Assembly: GCA_964649225.1 (NCBI GenBank)
Contig: CAZYPO010000002.1
Span: 48,384-102,671, forward strand
From: an uncultured Gemmatimonas sp.
GTDB taxonomy: Bacteria > Gemmatimonadota > Gemmatimonadetes > Gemmatimonadales > GWC2-71-9
Direction of reading: 5' to 3'
Length of the DNA: 54,288 nucleotides
Shown here: in pieces, positions 34,120 to 42,783 of the stretch
Numbering within the stretch: position 1 is the first letter of the stretch
Layout of the letters: every line of letters starts with the position of its first letter
The notes under the pieces: model-generated
What the model was told of the DNA's origin: nothing
Databases searched by the model: none
The model's input: the letters and a program-made list of their open reading frames with translations, nothing else
Translations under genes and position numbers: made by a program

Positions 34120-34205
34120 GTGTTGGGTTGTCTCGTCCATCGCGTTCGTCCGACCGTCCGACCCCATTCGGGGCACCCAGACGAGCGTCCCGCGATGTGT
34201 GTGAT
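34120..34205 (-). ncRNA. rpsB 5' leader (t44-like S2 autoregulatory element)
   Basis: Minus strand has ACACAC, a closing stem CATCGCG/CGCGATG, an internal GGGTGCCC-GAAT-GGGGTCGG and a downstream ACAACCC. These match elements I recall from the conserved rpsB leader; no covariance model was run and boundaries are approximate. Confidence 0.65.
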
Positions 34206-34252
34206 GTCGGGCGGGCGGTTGTGTCTGACCGCCCGTCCGCCTGACCGTCCGG

Positions 34253-34651
34253 CTACCGCTTACTGAACTGGAACCGCTTCCGCGCCCCTGGCCGTCCCGG
34301 CTTCTTGCGCTCCACCGCGCGCGGATCGCGCGTCAGCAGCCCGCCGGTCCGCAGCTTCGGGCGGTGCAGCGAATCGGCCAGGACCAGCGCCCGTGCGATC
34401 CCCATGCGCATCGCCCCCGCCTGACCCGTTTGGCCGCCGCCATCCACGTGCGCCTTCACATCGAACGCGCCCAGCGTGTCGGTGGTCGTGAACGGCTGCT
34501 GGATATGCTGCACCAGCGAGGGCCGCGGGAAGTAGTCTCCCAGCGTCCGCCCGTTGATTTCCCACTTGCCGGTCCCCGGGGTCAGATACACCCGGGCCAC
34601 GCTGGTCTTGCGCCGGCCCACCGCGTGCCAGCGGAACTGATCTTCACTCAT
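34253..34651 (-). CDS. rpsI: 30S ribosomal protein S9
   Basis: [42 protein letters not shown]. Confidence 0.97.
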   Translation of the reverse strand: MSEDQFRWHAVGRRKTSVARVYLTPGTGKWEINGRTLGDYFPRPSLVQHIQQPFTTTDTLGAFDVKAHVDGGGQTGQAGAMRMGIARALVLADSLHRPKLRTGGLLTRDPRAVERKKPGRPGARKRFQFSKR

Positions 34652-35091
34652 GCGCTCACCTTGACGGCGAAGGGCTTCGGCTGTTGGGCCACGTGCGGAT
34701 GCTCGGCGTCGGCATAGACCTTGAGCTTGAGCCGCAGCCGCTGCCGGGAAAGCGAGTTCTTGGGCAGCATCCCGAAGACCGCTTTCTCGATGACCAGCTC
34801 GGGCTTCTTCGCGAGCAGATTCCGCACCGGAACGAAGCTCTCGTGTCCCATGTAGCCCGAGTGTCCGAAATACTTCTTCTGCTCGAGCTTGCGGCCGGTC
34901 AGTTTCACCTTGGCGGCATTCACGACCACCACGAAATCCCCGCCATCCATGTGAGGCGTGAACGTGGGCTTGTGTTTGCCGCGAATCAGCTGGGCGACGG
35001 CGCTGGCGAGCCGGCCCAGCGGAACCCCAGCCGCATCCACCACATGCCAGTCGTGCCGGATCTCCGCCGGCTTTGCGGAATACGTGTTCAT
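34648..35091 (-). CDS. rplM: 50S ribosomal protein L13
   Basis: [42 protein letters not shown]. Start at ATG 35091. Confidence 0.97.
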   Translation of the reverse strand: MNTYSAKPAEIRHDWHVVDAAGVPLGRLASAVAQLIRGKHKPTFTPHMDGGDFVVVVNAAKVKLTGRKLEQKKYFGHSGYMGHESFVPVRNLLAKKPELVIEKAVFGMLPKNSLSRQRLRLKLKVYADAEHPHVAQQPKPFAVKVSA

Positions 35092-35134
35092 GTATCCTGT
35101 CTGCGTTCGGTTTTCCATTCCGACATAGCTTCGC

Positions 35135-35164
35135 AACATAGCGGTTCCCAATGGGTTAGGTCAA
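35135..35164 (-). promoter_or_regulatory. sigma70-type promoter of the rplM operon
   Basis: Minus strand TTGACC-N18-TATGTT. Confidence 0.45.
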
Positions 35165-35706
35165 GGCCGCACCCTTGATTCGGACTCCTCCCTGGAGAGT
35201 TCCGACGCGGGCGCAAAGCGGATCAGTATTTGTCCTCGCTCGACGGTCTGACCCGGCCGGATGGCCACCTCCGTCACGGTTCCCTGCCCGGCGGCTTTGA
35301 GCTCGTTCTCCATCTTCATCGCTTCGAGAACCACCAGGCTGTCGCCGGCGGCAACCCGCTGACCCGTCTCGGCCAGCACCCGGACCACCAGACCGGGCAT
35401 CGGCGCCTTCAGGGCCAGCGGCCCCGTCGGCGCGGCCCCCTCCCCCACTAGGCTCCGGATGTGCGCGGCCCGCTCATCGAGCACCTCGACCTCCCGCTCC
35501 TCGCCCTGGGCCTGCACGCTCCACACCCCGCGCCCCTTGCTCTCCATCGGAAAGCTCCAGGTCCTCCCGTCGAGCAAGAGCAGCCCCAATGGGGACCCGT
35601 CCACGCTGCGCAGCTCCGCGTGATGCTCCTCGCCGTCCACCGTCACTCGGTTCCCCTCGAGCCCGATGACCCAGGTGCGCCCCTGCAGCGTGACGTAGTA
35701 CTTCAT
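35161..35706 (-). CDS. biotin carboxyl carrier subunit (PccA C-terminal-like BT + biotinyl domain)
   Basis: LKAPMPGLVVRV, LEAMKMENE (biotinylated Lys) and an N-terminal beta-rich domain. Confidence 0.9.
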   Translation of the reverse strand: MKYYVTLQGRTWVIGLEGNRVTVDGEEHHAELRSVDGSPLGLLLLDGRTWSFPMESKGRGVWSVQAQGEEREVEVLDERAAHIRSLVGEGAAPTGPLALKAPMPGLVVRVLAETGQRVAAGDSLVVLEAMKMENELKAAGQGTVTEVAIRPGQTVERGQILIRFAPASELSREESESRVRP

Positions 35707-36929
35707 CGCCGCTCCAGTCGCGCGACGGTTTCCACGTGCGCGGTCTGGGGAAAGAGATCGAACGCCTGCACGGCATCCAGTCGGTAGGCCGGGGCGAGTC
35801 GGGAAAGATCACGCGCGAGCGTGGCGGGGTCGCAGGAGATGTAAACGAGTCGGGAAGTCGGGAGGTCGGAAAGTCGGGAAGTCACTGCCTCCCCCAACCC
35901 CGTGCGGGGCGGGTTCACGATGATAGCCTGCGCGAGATGCAACCTGCCAAGCACATGTTCGACTCGCCCCGCGATGCGGGTTACTCCGGCGGCCGGGCCC
36001 CGTGCCTCGGCCACCCGCACCGCGCGTGGATCCGCCTCGACGCTTTCCACGCTGGCGCCGCGCTCCGCCAACGCGTGCGTCGTCTCGCCGATACCGGCAT
36101 ACAGGTCCCACACGTGTCGGCCCAAGAGCTCGCCCAGTTGTTCGAGCGCGTGCGCGCGCACCCGATCGCCCATCCCCGGGTGCACTTGCTCGAAGACCAT
36201 GACCGGATAGGCTTCCGGCGCGCCGTACACGGTGCGCGGCGCGCCCTCGGCCGGTTGCCACCACAGCACGGCGGTCACGCCTTCTCGTTCCAGCGCGCTG
36301 CCCAGCTCCTTCGCGCGAGTCCAGGCGTCGCCCGGTGCGGTGCGCACGATGGCGTGGCAGGTTCCCGTGCGGTCCACCCGCAGCACGATCTGATCCAGGT
36401 GTGGCGGAAGCAGGTGTCGCTTGCTTCGCAGCGCCGTCCACAGGATACCGAGCTCGGGCCGCGCGATGGGACAGCGCTCCAGCTCGAAGACTCGGCCGGG
36501 CTGGCCGAGCTTGTGATAGCCGATCCGCCCGCCGCGTGCCGCGAGCGTCATCTTGGTGCGGTAGGCCCACTCGGCCTCGCTGGGCTCGAGGTCGGGGTCC
36601 TCCACGCTCAGATGGCCTATCCGGCGCAGCGCATCACCCACCAGCTGACGTCGCGCCGCGCGCTGGGCCTCGCCGCTCAGATGCTGGAGCTGGCAGCTGC
36701 CGCACTCATCCACCTGGTAGTGCCGGCACGCCGGCGTCACCCGTCCGGGCCCGGGCTCGAGCACCCGCGCCACCCGGCCCCGCGCAAAACGGCGGGCCAG
36801 CCGCACCTGGGCGAGCTCGACCAGATCTCCCGGCGCGCTTCGCGGTACGAAGACGGTCCGGCCGTCCCCCAGCGTTCCCACCCCGTCGCCACCCGCCGCG
36901 ATCGCGCGGATGCGGACCGCGTCAGTCAC
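35703..36929 (-). CDS. RlmD/TrmA-family RNA m5U methyltransferase
   Basis: TRAM-like start (GGDGVG...VFVPRSAPGD), Fe-S motif CRHY..DECGSCQLQH...CPI, DLYAGIG, NPPRTG, YISCDPATLARD, DLFPQTAHVE. True start is GTG 36929. Confidence 0.9.
   Translation of the reverse strand: MTDAVRIRAIAAGGDGVGTLGDGRTVFVPRSAPGDLVELAQVRLARRFARGRVARVLEPGPGRVTPACRHYQVDECGSCQLQHLSGEAQRAARRQLVGDALRRIGHLSVEDPDLEPSEAEWAYRTKMTLAARGGRIGYHKLGQPGRVFELERCPIARPELGILWTALRSKRHLLPPHLDQIVLRVDRTGTCHAIVRTAPGDAWTRAKELGSALEREGVTAVLWWQPAEGAPRTVYGAPEAYPVMVFEQVHPGMGDRVRAHALEQLGELLGRHVWDLYAGIGETTHALAERGASVESVEADPRAVRVAEARGPAAGVTRIAGRVEHVLGRLHLAQAIIVNPPRTGLGEAVTSRLSDLPTSRLVYISCDPATLARDLSRLAPAYRLDAVQAFDLFPQTAHVETVARLERR
35848..35883. repeat. 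AGTCGGGA octamer x4.5 inside the RlmD-like CDS
   Basis: AGTCGGGA AGTCGGGA GGTCGGAA AGTCGGGA AGTC, encoding TSRLSDLPTSRL. An extra copy lies at 35797-35804. Confidence 0.8.
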
Positions 36930-38430
36930 GCAGCGCGTCGATGCGGCCCGCGTGCGTCCAGCCAGCGGTCCCGTCGCCGTTGCCGTCGGGCGCGACGGCC
37001 GGCTTCTGGCCGCTGCGTCGCCGTGCCTCGGCGAGCGCCGCCGCGATGGCAATGCGCGCATCCCGGGCTGGATCGGAGGGAGCCGTGAGAAGATCGCCGC
37101 GCCGCTCCAGAAATTGGATATCGACCTCGCCGCGGCAAAAATCCGCATCGTTGAGCAGTCGCCCGAAAAACCCCTGGTTGGTCGCGACACCCACGACCAC
37201 CAGCTCGTCGAGGGCGCGCCGCATGCGCCGAATGGCGGAAGCTCGGTCCTCCCCGTGCACGATGAGCTTGGCCAGCAGCGAATCGTAGTACAGCGTGACC
37301 TCGTTGCCGGCCTCGAATCCCGAATCCCAGCGCACCCCGGGTCCCGAGGGTACCCGCAGATAACTGATCCGCCCCGTCGAGGGCAGAAACCCGTTGGCGG
37401 GATCCTCGCTGGTGATCCGGCACTCCAGAGCGTGGCCTCGCGGCGCGAGCGGCCATTCCGAGACCGCCATGCCGAGTCCCCGCACAATGCGAAGCTGCTC
37501 GCGAACCAGATCCACGGAGTACACCAGCTCGGTGACCGGGTGCTCGACTTGGATCCGCGTATTCATCTCGAGGAAGTAGAACTTTTCTGCCGCGTCGACC
37601 AGGAATTCACAGGTCCCGGCGCCGCGATACCCCACGGCCGTGGCGGCGGCCACCGCGGCCTGGCCCATCTCGCGCCGCAGCTGGGGTGAGACCGCGGTCG
37701 AGGGGGATTCTTCCAGCAGCTTCTGATGGCGGCGCTGGATGGAGCATTCGCGCTCGCCCAGGTGAATCGTCTTCCATTGATCGGCCAGGACCTGGATCTC
37801 GATATGCCGCGGACGCTGGAGGTATTTCTCGAGGTAGACCGCCGCATCGCCGAAGGCCTTGAGCGCCTCTGCTGCGGCGGCTTCCAGCGCCGCCTTGAGA
37901 TCCGCGCCCCGCTCCACCAGCCGCATGCCCCTGCCGCCCCCGCCAGCGCTCGCTTTCACCAGCACCGGAAAGCCGAGCTTTTCCGCCAGCTGGCTCGCTT
38001 CCTTGAGATCCCCGATCGGCGCCATGCCACCCGGCACCACCGGCACTCCGGCCGCCTCCATGCGACAGCGCGCCTGGGTTTTGTCTCCCATGGCACGAAT
38101 GGCGGCCGCCGGCGGGCCGACGAAAATCAGTCCTGCTCGCTCCACCGCTTCGGCAAAGTCGGCGCGCTCGGAAAGAAAGCCGTAACCCGGGTGGACGGCC
38201 TGGGCGCCCCACTGGCGAGCGGCTTCCAAAAGGGCGTCGATGCGGAGATAGCTCTGCCCGGAGGGGGCGGGCCCGATGCGGACCGCGGCGTCCGCAGCGC
38301 GGACATGCGGACTGGCGCTGTCCGCGTCGGAGTAAACCGCTACCGCCTCGAGCCCCTCCTCGTGGCAGGCCCGAATGATCCGCAGCGCGATCTCGCCTCG
38401 ATTGGCCACCAGAACCCGACGAATGTGCAT
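36922..38430 (-). CDS. accC: biotin carboxylase (AccC / PccA N-terminal type)
   Basis: VLVANRGEIA, HPGYGFLSE, GGGGRGM, ERECSIQRRHQK, FLEMNTRIQVEHPVTE, YDSLLAKL. Start at ATG 38430. Confidence 0.92.
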   Translation of the reverse strand: MHIRRVLVANRGEIALRIIRACHEEGLEAVAVYSDADSASPHVRAADAAVRIGPAPSGQSYLRIDALLEAARQWGAQAVHPGYGFLSERADFAEAVERAGLIFVGPPAAAIRAMGDKTQARCRMEAAGVPVVPGGMAPIGDLKEASQLAEKLGFPVLVKASAGGGGRGMRLVERGADLKAALEAAAAEALKAFGDAAVYLEKYLQRPRHIEIQVLADQWKTIHLGERECSIQRRHQKLLEESPSTAVSPQLRREMGQAAVAAATAVGYRGAGTCEFLVDAAEKFYFLEMNTRIQVEHPVTELVYSVDLVREQLRIVRGLGMAVSEWPLAPRGHALECRITSEDPANGFLPSTGRISYLRVPSGPGVRWDSGFEAGNEVTLYYDSLLAKLIVHGEDRASAIRRMRRALDELVVVGVATNQGFFGRLLNDADFCRGEVDIQFLERRGDLLTAPSDPARDARIAIAAALAEARRRSGQKPAVAPDGNGDGTAGWTHAGRIDALRD

Positions 38431-38433
38431 GCG

Positions 38434-38484
38434 CTCGACTATTGGCTGGCAGGCTAGGGGATGACGGCTAGCCAATAGTCCGAG
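38434..38484. promoter_or_regulatory. 17-18 bp imperfect inverted repeat directly upstream of accC
   Basis: CTCGACTATTGGCTGGC(38434-50) versus GCTAGCCAATAGTCCGAG(38467-84). Confidence 0.55.
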
Positions 38485-38511
38485 GGTGCGGAGGAAAATG
38501 CCAGGGGCGAG

Positions 38512-38934
38512 CTAGCCCAACAGCCGCGCGAGCAGGCGAGCCAGCGCGGCCAGGCCCGTCAGGGCGATCGGAAAGAGAGTGAGGCCGACCGAGAAAATCA
38601 GGCCTTGGCGGAACAGGGCCGGTCCCGCTCTGGGTGCCTCATCACCCCAGAGCCGGTACATGGCGAGCTCGCTCAGCGGGCCGAGGAAGTAGCAGAGGTT
38701 GGCCAGGAAGCCGTACACCACGGCCCCGCCGAGCAGCAGTCCGAGCGGCGGATGGCCTCCCCCGAAGCCTCCCGGCAAGGACAGGAGGAGCGTGGTGGTT
38801 GCGATCGTCGCGCAGCCGACCCCGCCCACAATGAGGTTATAGGCTGGCCGGCGCACTTCCCACCAGAGAAAAACGGCGGCGGCAGTGCGGCGCCGGGCCG
38901 GCAGCGGATAGAAGAAGTCGACGAACTGGGACAT
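38512..38934 (-). CDS. small integral membrane protein of unknown function
   Basis: 140 aa with about 3 hydrophobic helices and a WWEVRRPAYN motif. Confidence 0.7.
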   Translation of the reverse strand: MSQFVDFFYPLPARRRTAAAVFLWWEVRRPAYNLIVGGVGCATIATTTLLLSLPGGFGGGHPPLGLLLGGAVVYGFLANLCYFLGPLSELAMYRLWGDEAPRAGPALFRQGLIFSVGLTLFPIALTGLAALARLLARLLG

Positions 38935-38946
38935 GGGGTTCCCACC

Positions 38947-38993
38947 AATTTGCCTATCTGAGCGGTGTTGTCAAGTACTTTGTTACACAAAGT
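38947..38993 (-). promoter_or_regulatory. internal promoter with an adjacent palindromic operator
   Basis: Minus strand TTGACA(38974-69)-N16-CAAATT, with the perfect dyad ACTTTGT-TAC-ACAAAGT (38977-38993) next to the -35. Confidence 0.55.
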
Positions 38994-39020
38994 CCAACCC
39001 TGACCCCTGAGGGCTGCTCG

Positions 39021-40574
39021 CTACAAAGGAATATTCCCGTGCTTCTTCTTGGGATTGGCGTCCCGCTTGGATCGGAGCATCCGCAGCGCGTCGATCAGGC
39101 GGGGCCGGGTGTCGCGGGGATCGATCACGTCGTCGACGAAACCGCGTGCCGCGGCCTGGTACGGATTCGCGAACGCCTTGGTGTATTCGTCCAGGCGCCG
39201 CTGCAATTCGGCCGCGGGATCCCGGGCTCCGCCAATCTCTTCCTTGAAGAGGATCTCCACTGCCCCGCGCGGCCCCATCACCGCGATCTCGGCGGAGGGC
39301 CAGGCCAGGTTGACGTCGCCGCGGATGTGCTTCGAGCTCATCACGTCGTACGCTCCGCCATAGGCCTTGCGGGTGATCACCGTGAGCTTCGGCACGGTGG
39401 CCTCGCAGTAGGCGTAGAGCAGCTTCGCGCCGTGCCGGATGATCCCGCCGTGCTCCTGTGCGGTGCCCGGGAGGAATCCCGGCACGTCCACGAACGTCAC
39501 GACGGGGAGGTTGAATGCGTCGCAGAAGCGGATAAAGCGCGCCGCCTTGACCGAGGCGTTGATGTCCAGCACGCCGGCCAGCACCGCGGGCTGATTGGCG
39601 ACGAGACCGACGCTGCGACCCCCCAGCCGGGCAAACCCCACCAGCATGTTCTGCGCAAAGCCGGCGTGCACCTCGAAAAAGTGGCCCTCATCGACGACGG
39701 CACTGATGACGGAGTGCATGTCATAGGGCGTCGCGGGCGATTCGGGGATCACCTCGAGCAGGCGCTCGTCGCGGCGATCCTCGGGATCGCTCGAGGGGCG
39801 GCTGGGCGGCTCGGCGAGATTGTTGGAGGGCAGGTACTCCAGCAGCTCGCGGATCGCGGCGAGACATTCCGGCTCCGAAGCGTAGACCGCGTGCGCGATG
39901 CCGGAGGTCGCGCCGTGGATCTCCGCTCCGCCGAGGGTCTCGAAGGTGACTTCCTCGTGGGTCACGGTCTTCACCACGTTGGGGCCGGTGACGAACATGT
40001 AGCTCACGCCTCGTACCATGAACACGAAGTCGGTGATCGCGGGGCTGTAGACGGCGCCGCCCGCGCAGGGGCCCAGAATTGCCGAGATCTGGGGAACTAC
40101 ACCCGAGGCGAGCGTGTTACGCAGGAAGATGTCGGCATAGCCGCCCAGCGAGGCGACGCCTTCCTGGATGCGCGCGCCGCCCGAGTCGTTGAGGCCGATG
40201 ACCGGTGCGCCGTTCCGGAGCGCCAGGTCCATCACCTTGCAGATCTTCTGGGCGTGGGTCTCGGAGAGGGAGCCGCCGAAGACCGTGAAGTCCTGGGAGA
40301 AGACGTACACCAGCCGCCCGCCGATCCGGCCGTACCCGGTCACCACCCCGTCACCCGGGTATTGCTGCTTCGCGAGACCGAAGTCGGTGGCCCGGTGGGT
40401 GACGAAGCGGTCCAGCTCTACGAAGCTCTCCTCGTCGAGCAGCAGGTCCAGCCGTTCGCGTGCGGTGAGCTTCCCCTTCCCGTGCTGTTGCGCCACTCGT
40501 TCGGGGCCCCCGCCCTGCTCGGCTTCGGCCTGGCGGCGATGGAGCTCGGCGAGGAGGTCGCGGGGAGAGGGCAT
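39021..40574 (-). CDS. pccB: acyl-CoA carboxylase carboxyltransferase (PccB type)
   Basis: [67 protein letters not shown]. Start at ATG 40574. Confidence 0.9.
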   Translation of the reverse strand: MPSPRDLLAELHRRQAEAEQGGGPERVAQQHGKGKLTARERLDLLLDEESFVELDRFVTHRATDFGLAKQQYPGDGVVTGYGRIGGRLVYVFSQDFTVFGGSLSETHAQKICKVMDLALRNGAPVIGLNDSGGARIQEGVASLGGYADIFLRNTLASGVVPQISAILGPCAGGAVYSPAITDFVFMVRGVSYMFVTGPNVVKTVTHEEVTFETLGGAEIHGATSGIAHAVYASEPECLAAIRELLEYLPSNNLAEPPSRPSSDPEDRRDERLLEVIPESPATPYDMHSVISAVVDEGHFFEVHAGFAQNMLVGFARLGGRSVGLVANQPAVLAGVLDINASVKAARFIRFCDAFNLPVVTFVDVPGFLPGTAQEHGGIIRHGAKLLYAYCEATVPKLTVITRKAYGGAYDVMSSKHIRGDVNLAWPSAEIAVMGPRGAVEILFKEEIGGARDPAAELQRRLDEYTKAFANPYQAAARGFVDDVIDPRDTRPRLIDALRMLRSKRDANPKKKHGNIPL

Positions 40575-40591
40575 GGCGCGGGAAGATAGTG

Positions 40592-40614
40592 CTGGGTCCT
40601 GGGTACTGGGTACT
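40592..40614. repeat. CTGGGTA heptamer x3
   Basis: CTGGGTC CTGGGTA CTGGGTA CT between the barrel gene stop and the pccB start. Confidence 0.7.
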
Positions 40615-40633
40615 CCATCCGCCATCCCGCAAA

Positions 40634-41383
40634 CTACCAGCGAACGAATGCTCCCAGCGTCACACCGGAACGTCGGGGTTGGCCCTCATCGGCCGCCAGC
40701 GAACCGCCGAGAGTCACGCCCCACGACGCACCAAGAAGCAACTGCCACCGCGCCGACAGCGATCCGGAAGCGCGGCGAACCACCGATCCGGGACCGAGAG
40801 TCACCAACTCACTGCCATAGCCTCCGGCCAACTCAAAAAACCGGTCTCGGTCTCCGGCGTACCTCCGGAGCAGCAGTGCGCCGCCTGGTGAAACGCCATC
40901 GGAATGATCCGCAAGCAGGACGCGCGCCCGGAGATACCAGGAACCCAGGTACCGGGCCACCCCGCCGCTGTAGATACCGATCGTCTGGCTCTCAAACGCC
41001 ATTCGCCGGTATCCCACCGAGGCTTCCCACCCGCGGACTGGAGAATGGAAAAGCTCCGCAGCGAGGTCCGATTCAGGAAGAATCTCCGCACCGGCGGCGA
41101 GCTGCACCCGCAGGTTCCCATACGTCCCGGGGCGAAAGAGCACATATCCGTCCGCCGCGAAGGCGAGGTCGCTGGCGCCGAACCGTGTGCTTCCCAGGGC
41201 CTCCGCCAGCACCGAAGCCCGCCTGGTGCGTCTGCCACCGGTGATCGCCCAAGCCTGCCAGCTCGAGCCGGGTCCACTAACGGACTCGACACCATATCGC
41301 GCGGCGGCATACCAGGCCGGCGCGACGTTGCTGTCGGCAGGTGCGGTCCAGACAAGTACAGCGAGCAGCCCGGCTGTCGTCAC
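40634..41383 (-). CDS. outer-membrane beta-barrel, YaiO-like
   Basis: GTG 41383 overlaps the GT2 TGA. Short signal peptide, alternating amphipathic strands ([33 protein letters not shown]) and a terminal aromatic (GAFVRW). 249 aa. Confidence 0.75.
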   Translation of the reverse strand: MTTAGLLAVLVWTAPADSNVAPAWYAAARYGVESVSGPGSSWQAWAITGGRRTRRASVLAEALGSTRFGASDLAFAADGYVLFRPGTYGNLRVQLAAGAEILPESDLAAELFHSPVRGWEASVGYRRMAFESQTIGIYSGGVARYLGSWYLRARVLLADHSDGVSPGGALLLRRYAGDRDRFFELAGGYGSELVTLGPGSVVRRASGSLSARWQLLLGASWGVTLGGSLAADEGQPRRSGVTLGAFVRW

Positions 41384-42783
41384 GAGGTCGGCGCCGTGGC
41401 GAAGCCGGTTCGAGTCATGGTGCCCCACCCGCGCTGCCCGCGCCAGGCGCCCACCAGACCCCGGATCCTCCACCAAGTGTTGAGTTGGCGGTACCCGAAC
41501 GGCTCCAGAGCCGCCATGATCATGAGCCTGCCAAGATCGGTGACCCGGGGATAGCGCCGGATGGACATCTCTTCGAGCGCGATTGCGGCCATCGAGAGCA
41601 CCGCCCCCAGAACGAAGGCGAACAAGAAGAACGCGAGCATGAAGGGAGGATTCACCCGTCCCAGCGCGAGCGCGATGCCGAAACCGAGGTACCCGAGCAG
41701 CTCGATCAGCGGACCCAACATTTCCAGAAAGAAAAAGTACGGATAAGCCACCATTCCGAGGAATCCGTATCGGGAGCGGAATAGCATCCCGCGGTGGCGA
41801 ACCATGACCTGGGCGAGCCCGCGCTGCCACCGTTCCCGTTGCCCGCCGAGGTTTCGGAGCGTCTCGGGCGCCTCGGTCCAGGCCACTGGATCCGGAACGA
41901 ACACGAACCGGTAGGCCTCCCCCCGCTCGCGGAGCCGCCGATGCAGGCGAACGACGAGCTCCATGTCTTCGCCTACGGTGTCGGTGGCGAACCCCCCGAT
42001 TTCAACCACCGTCCTGCGGCGGAACAGGCCGAAGGCTCCGGAGATGATGAGCGTGCCGTTGAGCATCGACCATCCCAGCCGCCCGGCCAGGAAGGAACGC
42101 AGGTATTCGAGGACCTGGAAGCGCGCGAGCAGGCTTTTCGGAAGCTGAACCCGGGTTACCTGGCCCTCACGCACCGTGCACCCGTTGACGATCCGGATCA
42201 CCCCTCCTACGCCAACCGTGTCGGCGTTCTCGAGGAACGGGCGTACGATCCGGGTCAGGGCATCCCGCTCCAGGAGGGTATCGGCGTCCATCGCGCAGAA
42301 CAGCGGCGTGCGGCAGAACGCGAGTCCGGCGTTCAGGGCATCCGCCTTCTTGCCGTTGACCTTGTCGAGTACCCAGAGGCCGGGATGCTGGCGGCTGTGC
42401 CAGATTCCCCGCAGTTCGGCATGGGAGAGGTGCGCGGTGGGTGCCCGGACGGCGGGCTCGAGGTCGAAGGCCTCGAGCAACCGGGCCGCCGTCGCGTCGG
42501 TGGAGCCGTCGTTGATCACCAGGATTTCGTAGTCGGGATAGCGGAGTGTCAGCAGGGCTCGCACCGCCTGGACGATGGTCGCCTCCTCGTTATGCGCCGG
42601 GACCAGCAGCGTAATGGGAGGCACGGCGCCCAACGAAATCAGATCTTCGACATCTACGGTCCGCAGCCGTCTGGCATACCGGCGCAATGCCACGACGGCA
42701 ATCCCGGTTGTAATCAAATAGACCAGGTTGATCAATCCGAAATACCCCAGGACGAGCAGGTTGAAGGCATCGAGGAGAAACAT
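41380..42783 (-). CDS. processive family 2 glycosyltransferase (PgaC/IcaA/chitin-synthase-like)
   Basis: N-terminal TM, VPAHNEE, NDGSTD, KADALNAG, MDAD (DxD), ISGAFGLFRR, VGEDMEL, QRERW (QxxRW) and C-terminal TMs. ATG 42783 overlaps the HEAT gene TGA. Confidence 0.9.
   Translation of the reverse strand: MFLLDAFNLLVLGYFGLINLVYLITTGIAVVALRRYARRLRTVDVEDLISLGAVPPITLLVPAHNEEATIVQAVRALLTLRYPDYEILVINDGSTDATAARLLEAFDLEPAVRAPTAHLSHAELRGIWHSRQHPGLWVLDKVNGKKADALNAGLAFCRTPLFCAMDADTLLERDALTRIVRPFLENADTVGVGGVIRIVNGCTVREGQVTRVQLPKSLLARFQVLEYLRSFLAGRLGWSMLNGTLIISGAFGLFRRRTVVEIGGFATDTVGEDMELVVRLHRRLRERGEAYRFVFVPDPVAWTEAPETLRNLGGQRERWQRGLAQVMVRHRGMLFRSRYGFLGMVAYPYFFFLEMLGPLIELLGYLGFGIALALGRVNPPFMLAFFLFAFVLGAVLSMAAIALEEMSIRRYPRVTDLGRLMIMAALEPFGYRQLNTWWRIRGLVGAWRGQRGWGTMTRTGFATAPTS

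Noticed and set aside
28199-37487. ORF-track N-terminal extensions of dxr (to 30136), cdsA (to 30795), rlmD-like (to 37487) and similar cases such as the barrel (to 41830) and GT2 (to 42912) as fusions
   Set aside because: The extensions overlap upstream genes in another frame and lack motifs, while internal starts coincide with stop/start overlaps.
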